Below are positions 59,219-64,000 of a stretch of DNA of 64,000 nucleotides, piece by piece. The translations under genes and the position numbers were made by a program. The DNA is from Spirochaetota bacterium (GTDB taxonomy: Bacteria; Spirochaetota; UBA4802; UBA5550): positions 704,001 to 768,000 of the forward strand of contig CAXXHB010000002.1 of NCBI GenBank assembly GCA_963664815.2, written 5' to 3'. The first letter of the stretch is position 1. Each line of letters begins with the position of its first letter. Under the pieces are notes generated by a model that was not told the DNA's origin, ran no database searches, and saw nothing but the letters and a program-made list of their open reading frames with translations.

Positions 59219-60208
59219 ATGATAAAATTTACATCAAACACACTTTTTATGGCTCCAATGGCGGAGATAACCACTCCGGCTCTCCGAAGGTGTATAAGAA
59301 AATTCGACAGGGAGACTGTACTCTATTCAGAGATGCTGAGCGGGGCCGCAATTGCATGCGGTTCATATCACAATGAACCACTTACAGTTGTAAACGAAGA
59401 GGATGAACCCTTTGTTTTTCAGCTTCTCGGAGGTGACCCCGATTTAATGGCTGAAGCGTGTAGAATTCTTTCTGAAAAAAAATGTTCGGGAATAGATATC
59501 AATATGGGATGTTCAGCTCCCGATATTGTGAAAAAACTCCAGGGCTCAAGACTTCTCTCTGACAAGACTGCGACAAGGAAGATTATGGAAAAGTGCAGGA
59601 AGGCATATAGTGGCACATTGTCGGTAAAAATGCGAAGTGGTTTTGAAGAAAGTGATAATAAGTATCTGGTGGATTTTGCACGGATGCTTGAGGGGGAGGG
59701 AGTCGATTATATAACACTTCACCCAAGGCACGGGAAACTCTCTTTCAGAAGGACGGCTGACTGGGGACTTGTAAAGCTTCTTAAAGAAAGCATAAAGATT
59801 CCTGTTGTCGGGAATGGAGATATTGCAACCCCTGAGGATGTACAGTGGCGTTTTCGTGAAACCTCCTGTGACGGTATTATGATAGGGAGAAATGCTGTTG
59901 CCTTTCCATGGATTTTCAGGCTTTCAAGAGAGTTTATGGAAAATGGTACATACAGTATGGAGGTTAACCTTCAAGAAATCTTCAGGGATGTGCTTCTTGG
60001 AATTAAAAATGATCTTCCGGACCATCTCCATAAGAGCAGGGGGCACAGGTTTGCATTCTATTTTTCAAAGAATTTTATTTTTTCACATGAAATTTTTAAA
60101 AAAATAAGAAATGTTGATCAGATAGATTTAATGATTGAAATTATTGATGATTATGTTTTAAGGAATCCAGAAGAGAGGATAAAGGTTTTAACAGGAGGAA
60201 TCATCTGA
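59219..60208 (+). CDS. tRNA-dihydrouridine synthase family protein
   Basis: MAPMAEIT, YSEM, QLLG, IDINMGC, VKMRSG, LHPR, VGNGDI, DGIMIGR. Confidence 0.93.
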   Translation: MIKFTSNTLFMAPMAEITTPALRRCIRKFDRETVLYSEMLSGAAIACGSYHNEPLTVVNEEDEPFVFQLLGGDPDLMAEACRILSEKKCSGIDINMGCSAPDIVKKLQGSRLLSDKTATRKIMEKCRKAYSGTLSVKMRSGFEESDNKYLVDFARMLEGEGVDYITLHPRHGKLSFRRTADWGLVKLLKESIKIPVVGNGDIATPEDVQWRFRETSCDGIMIGRNAVAFPWIFRLSREFMENGTYSMEVNLQEIFRDVLLGIKNDLPDHLHKSRGHRFAFYFSKNFIFSHEIFKKIRNVDQIDLMIEIIDDYVLRNPEERIKVLTGGII

Positions 60209-60513
60209 TGGAGTATATGAGAGTCTGGAAAGAGATTGATATTGAGGATGTTCAGAATCATATAATAATGGTTGAAGACAAATACGGCCATTGTCCCGGA
60301 TGCAAACAAATTGGTATAGAATTGAAGGATTTAAAAAAATGCCCAGGTTGTGGAAGAGTGTTTAAATTTGTTACTTCCAAAGATGCCCGAAGCGGGAAAG
60401 TAGATATAGTGGGGAGGACCAGAAAAAAACTTCCGGATCTTGTTTTTGTGGATTATGATGATTATGAAAGGGTAACAGGTAAAAAGAAAGCGGAGAGTCT
60501 GTTCAATATATAA
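60208..60513 (+). CDS. Small zinc-ribbon-like hypothetical protein
   Basis: Two CPGC motifs; TGATG overlap with dus; SD GGAGG. Confidence 0.75.
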   Translation: MEYMRVWKEIDIEDVQNHIIMVEDKYGHCPGCKQIGIELKDLKKCPGCGRVFKFVTSKDARSGKVDIVGRTRKKLPDLVFVDYDDYERVTGKKKAESLFNI

Positions 60514-60514
60514 A

Positions 60515-61009
60515 TCAAAGAAAGTCGTCCTTTTCACCTTTGATTTTTTTATAATAGTGGCGGTAGTAAGTAAATGCTTTGTATTCATCTCCAAGTAGAT
60601 CATATACCACACCCATATTATAGAGAGCTTCTATATATGTTTTGTCTCTGTTGTATGCTTCTTTAAATGAATGCAGAGATCCAATTAATTTACCGGAAAC
60701 CATTTCAGCCAGTCCAAGTTTGAACCATCCTCTGACAAAACCGGGATCAAGTGAAACGGCGATCTTTAAATGCCTTATAGCATCAGGAGCTCCCCCTTTT
60801 CTGAGAATGTAAACTCTCCCAAGCCCGTAATGCCCCAGAACATAAGATGGATTAATTTCCAAAGCGTGTTTGAAATTTTTTTCAGCCTCGTTTAAATCTC
60901 CTGCCTTGAATGATTCTACCCCTTTCATGTAGTAAACAGTGGAGTTTTCTGCGAACGCAGACGTTTGTATAATTAGCAGGAAAAGGAGAATTGTAACATA
61001 TCGTTTCAA
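60515..61009 (-). CDS. Exported tetratricopeptide repeat protein
   Basis: Signal peptide (AFA-E); about four TPR motifs (ALEINP, GHYGLG, SLDP, ALYNMG). Confidence 0.85.
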   Translation of the reverse strand: MKRYVTILLFLLIIQTSAFAENSTVYYMKGVESFKAGDLNEAEKNFKHALEINPSYVLGHYGLGRVYILRKGGAPDAIRHLKIAVSLDPGFVRGWFKLGLAEMVSGKLIGSLHSFKEAYNRDKTYIEALYNMGVVYDLLGDEYKAFTYYRHYYKKIKGEKDDFL

Positions 61010-61013
61010 TACA

Positions 61014-61469
61014 TCATCCGGCTTTAGGGATCATTTTTTTTAAATTCTCGTAAAAGAATTTTTCAATCCCTGTACTGAAGAAAAAATAAATGATAAAAAC
61101 AATCCATAAAATGATAGTAAGCAGACAAAGAAAACGCAGAAGTTTTTCAGAACCTGAATCATCTGCTTTAAAAAAAATGATTATAAGAGCAAGGGGCCAT
61201 ATTATAAACATGCCTGCAAAAGTTATAATAAGCAATTCTTTAAGGAATTCAATAATTGAAATATACCAGCCTATTTTAAATGCTGTAAAGCTTGCGCTGA
61301 TCTCGGTGAAAAAAAACCATAAATAAAAAAAGAAAATCAGGGTGGCGATAAGTTTCCAGAAGAGTTCAATCCTGGGCCTGAACCAAAGTAATAAAACAGT
61401 TATCCCCCAAACTGTGAAAAATAAAAAAATTGATTTTAACATTAATACATTATTCACCATAAGGCTCAC
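61014..61469 (-). CDS. Hypothetical membrane protein
   Basis: Four hydrophobic segments; 4 nt from the TPR gene on the same strand. Confidence 0.7.
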   Translation of the reverse strand: MSLMVNNVLMLKSIFLFFTVWGITVLLLWFRPRIELFWKLIATLIFFFYLWFFFTEISASFTAFKIGWYISIIEFLKELLIITFAGMFIIWPLALIIIFFKADDSGSEKLLRFLCLLTIILWIVFIIYFFFSTGIEKFFYENLKKMIPKAG

Positions 61470-61683
61470 CTGTAATATTTTTTCGATATAATTTTAGACA
61501 AATACACAATAATATAATCTGCGATAAGAAGCCGTTAATCATTTCAGAAACCGCTAATAGCTTTTGCCGATTAAAAAAACAATGTTTTTTAATAGCCATT
61601 AATTTATTATCGAAATTTTATTGCATTATTGCAATAAAAATATCGGATGTAAAAAGCAGTTATCATTAATTTAAAGGATTACA

Positions 61684-62091
61684 ATGAATTATTTAAAGTC
61701 CGGTCTGGCAACAGCACTGTTTTCATTTCTGTTTCTTTTTTCATGCAGAGAGCCAGTCTCTTTCAGCAGAATCGAATATAATATTCCTTCTCATATAAAC
61801 ATAAAAACGGATGAGTTAGAGGATGCTTTTAAAGAGATGAAATTAAATCCTTCAGCAATACTGTATATTAAGGTGACTGTTTATAGTTATTCCTCAGGCT
61901 CTGAAACAATAAGCTTTTCAGGGGAGGATGTTAAAACGATAAAATCTGGCGGAAAAATCAGGGTTCTTATAAAAGTGATGGATAATAAAAAAGTTATTAG
62001 GGCAGAATTTGCTGAAGGCGCAGGAAATAGTAAGAAGGAATTGTTATCAACACTCGTAAAAGATGTTCAACAAAAACTTAGAGTGAAGTAG
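61684..62091 (+). CDS. Hypothetical lipoprotein
   Basis: Spirochetal-type lipobox LFSC after a Phe-rich H-region; SD AAGGA. Confidence 0.7.
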   Translation: MNYLKSGLATALFSFLFLFSCREPVSFSRIEYNIPSHINIKTDELEDAFKEMKLNPSAILYIKVTVYSYSSGSETISFSGEDVKTIKSGGKIRVLIKVMDNKKVIRAEFAEGAGNSKKELLSTLVKDVQQKLRVK

Positions 62092-62116
62092 AAATCAGAT
62101 CTTTTTCATGAAATAA

Positions 62117-62133
62117 GGGGGCGCTTTGCCCCC
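62117..62133 (-). terminator. Hairpin between convergent genes
   Basis: GGGGGC-5 nt-GCCCCC followed on the minus strand by TTATTT. Confidence 0.5.
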
Positions 62134-62147
62134 GACTAGGAGTGGTA

Positions 62148-62585
62148 TTAATTTTTTTTGTCGCTGCTTTTGAATATGTCTTCAGGAATAATTTTATTTC
62201 TTTCGTATTCGGCTTTGATCACATCTCCGGCTGAAGTCCTCAAATCATTTGCTATAGTACATCTACCTTCAAGAAGAACACCGTTTTGTATTATAAGTTC
62301 AGGAGTTCTTATATCCCCATATACTTTCGCTGTAGGCATTAGAAGTACACGGCTTGTCGCGTTTATATTTCCCATGATAAGCCCTTCAACAATTACCGAT
62401 ACAGCCTCAATTGTCGTTTTAACTTTGCCGTCAATTCCTATATAAAGCTGGTCTGCTTTAAGAGATTTTCCCTCAAAGCGGCCGTCTATTCTGAGAGAAC
62501 CGTTTATACTGAAATTACCGGTGAAATAGGATTTTTCACCAATTACATTATTTGATATATCCCCGGTAGTTTTAACTAATGCCAT
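62148..62585 (-). CDS. Bactofilin (polymer-forming cytoskeletal protein)
   Basis: VIGEKSYFTG, LRIDGRFEG, VIVEG, AKVYGDI, GVLLEGRC beta-helix pattern; SD AAGGAG. Confidence 0.92.
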   Translation of the reverse strand: MALVKTTGDISNNVIGEKSYFTGNFSINGSLRIDGRFEGKSLKADQLYIGIDGKVKTTIEAVSVIVEGLIMGNINATSRVLLMPTAKVYGDIRTPELIIQNGVLLEGRCTIANDLRTSAGDVIKAEYERNKIIPEDIFKSSDKKN

Positions 62586-62812
62586 GACTTTAATCTCCTT
62601 AATTTAACATATACATTTTTTATTTTTTTTTAATAATGTCAACTTCAATTTGTAATGCATAACATAAAGTGTCGACGAAATATACAGTTAAAATCCCAAT
62701 AGTTGTAATTTCGACTTTTTTATATGCTCTATTGTAATATTTTTTATAATTGCTCAAAATTTTCTCGACAAATATCATCAATAATATTATTCTATTTTAG
62801 AGTTTGATTAAA

Positions 62813-63160
62813 ATGAGTTTAAATTACGAAAAAAAAGATAAAGTCATCATTGTTCATGTTGAATCCCCTCTTGATATAGGTAATTCACCTTTAATACAGA
62901 GAGATATAAGTTTACTGATAAATCAGTATCCTGATTATGATATGATTCTGAACATGAACAAGGTTGAATATATGAACAGCGCCGGGCTTGGTGTGCTTAT
63001 TATTGCTACAAAAAAGCTTGAATCGCTTCATAGATGCCTGAAAATAACAGATTTGAATATTTCTGTTAAAAAAGTTATTCATATACTCGATGCGCATGAA
63101 ATTATAAATATTTACGATAATGAAGAACAGGCACTTAAATCATTTGTTCACATGATATAA
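62813..63160 (+). CDS. STAS-domain anti-sigma factor antagonist
   Basis: LD, ILNMNKVEYMNSAGLGVL with the conserved phosphorylatable Ser; alternative TTG start at 62804. Confidence 0.9.
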   Translation: MSLNYEKKDKVIIVHVESPLDIGNSPLIQRDISLLINQYPDYDMILNMNKVEYMNSAGLGVLIIATKKLESLHRCLKITDLNISVKKVIHILDAHEIINIYDNEEQALKSFVHMI

Positions 63161-63248
63161 TAATTTTTTCTTTTATTAATTAATAACTTTCCTTTATCTT
63201 CTGTATAAAAATAAAAATGAATGATCATTTCATGGAAAAAATATACTG

Positions 63249-64000
63249 ATGAATAAAATTCTTCTAGTTGGAATAAATGCACGTTACACGCATATAAACC
63301 CTGCTCTGCTTTATCTTAAAAGCAGTATTGCCGATCTTGATGTTCATGTAGATTTAATTGAATTTTCAGTTGCTGAAAGCATAGCAAAGATTGAAGAGGA
63401 GATATGTCTCATTAATCCTGATATTCTTGCTCTATCTGTTTATATCTGGAATGCTTTTACGATAAAAAAAATCCTAGAAGTTATAAAAAGTTCTCTTCCT
63501 GAATTAAAAATTGTACTAGGCGGTCCGGAGGTAAGCTTTAACAGCGAGGAGTGGATTGATAATTTCAATACGATTGATTTTATAATAACAGGTGCGGGGG
63601 AGGCGGCATTCAGAAACCTGGTTATTTCCGGTTTTAACAGATCAAAGGGGGTTATTATCGGAATGAATCCTCCTTTCAGAGATGTCAGATTCCCATATAC
63701 CGATGATGATATGATAAGGTTAGAAGGGAGATATATATATTATGAAAGCAGCAGAGGATGCCCTTTCAACTGTACATACTGTCTTTCTTCTTTAAGTGGT
63801 GGAAAAGTGGAGTACCGGACATTACAGCAGGTTATCGATGAACTCGATTTTTTTTTATCATATAATCCACCTCTTGTAAAATTTGTTGATAGAACCTTTA
63901 ATTTGAAAAAAGAGCACTACATGCCGATCTGGGAGCATGTTATAAAGAAGTATAAAGGTTGCAGTACGTGTTTTCATTTTGAGATTTTCCCGGAGCTCCT
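63249..64000 (+). CDS. B12-binding radical SAM protein, truncated by the window end (missing from the ORF track)
   Basis: MNKILLVGINARYTHINPAL, SVYIWN, IVLGGPEVS, GAGE, YYESSRGCPFNCTYCLSS, KFVDRTFN; no stop before 64000. Confidence 0.92.
   Translation, partial: MNKILLVGINARYTHINPALLYLKSSIADLDVHVDLIEFSVAESIAKIEEEICLINPDILALSVYIWNAFTIKKILEVIKSSLPELKIVLGGPEVSFNSEEWIDNFNTIDFIITGAGEAAFRNLVISGFNRSKGVIIGMNPPFRDVRFPYTDDDMIRLEGRYIYYESSRGCPFNCTYCLSSLSGGKVEYRTLQQVIDELDFFLSYNPPLVKFVDRTFNLKKEHYMPIWEHVIKKYKGCSTCFHFEIFPEL

Overview
AT-rich bacterial chromosomal segment, most likely from an anaerobic, Leptospira-related spirochete. This is an inference from L34 with a LTVSDE tail, a homodimeric GlyQS, an rpmH-rnpA-yidD-yidC-jag-mnmE cluster with no adjacent dnaA, a membrane-anchored AraC and a TolC-RND pair. 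Content is mainly housekeeping and metabolic: hemC/cobA-hemD, purA, tRNA-Lys and tRNA-Glu, mgtE-apbE, rseC-rnfCDGEAB, glyQS, a CDF metal exporter, queE, htpX, beta-oxidation genes, ChvE-type sugar and Liv-type ABC transporters, efflux, dus, bactofilin, STAS and four radical SAM genes. I saw no mobile elements, prophage or CRISPR. The most interesting signals are intergenic: (1) an unannotated proline-rich MgtL-like leader peptide (MPDPLTYPLII) with mutually exclusive RNA pairings ahead of mgtE-apbE; (2) a very compact NiCo/czcD-like four-way-junction riboswitch ahead of the CDF gene; (3) an unidentified ~130-nt structured RNA between queE and htpX; (4) paired AraC-type sites ahead of the efflux genes. 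Three CDSs are missing from the ORF track: rpmH, a 53-aa protein and a 3'-truncated B12 radical SAM. All calls come from manual reading; no searches or folding programs were run.
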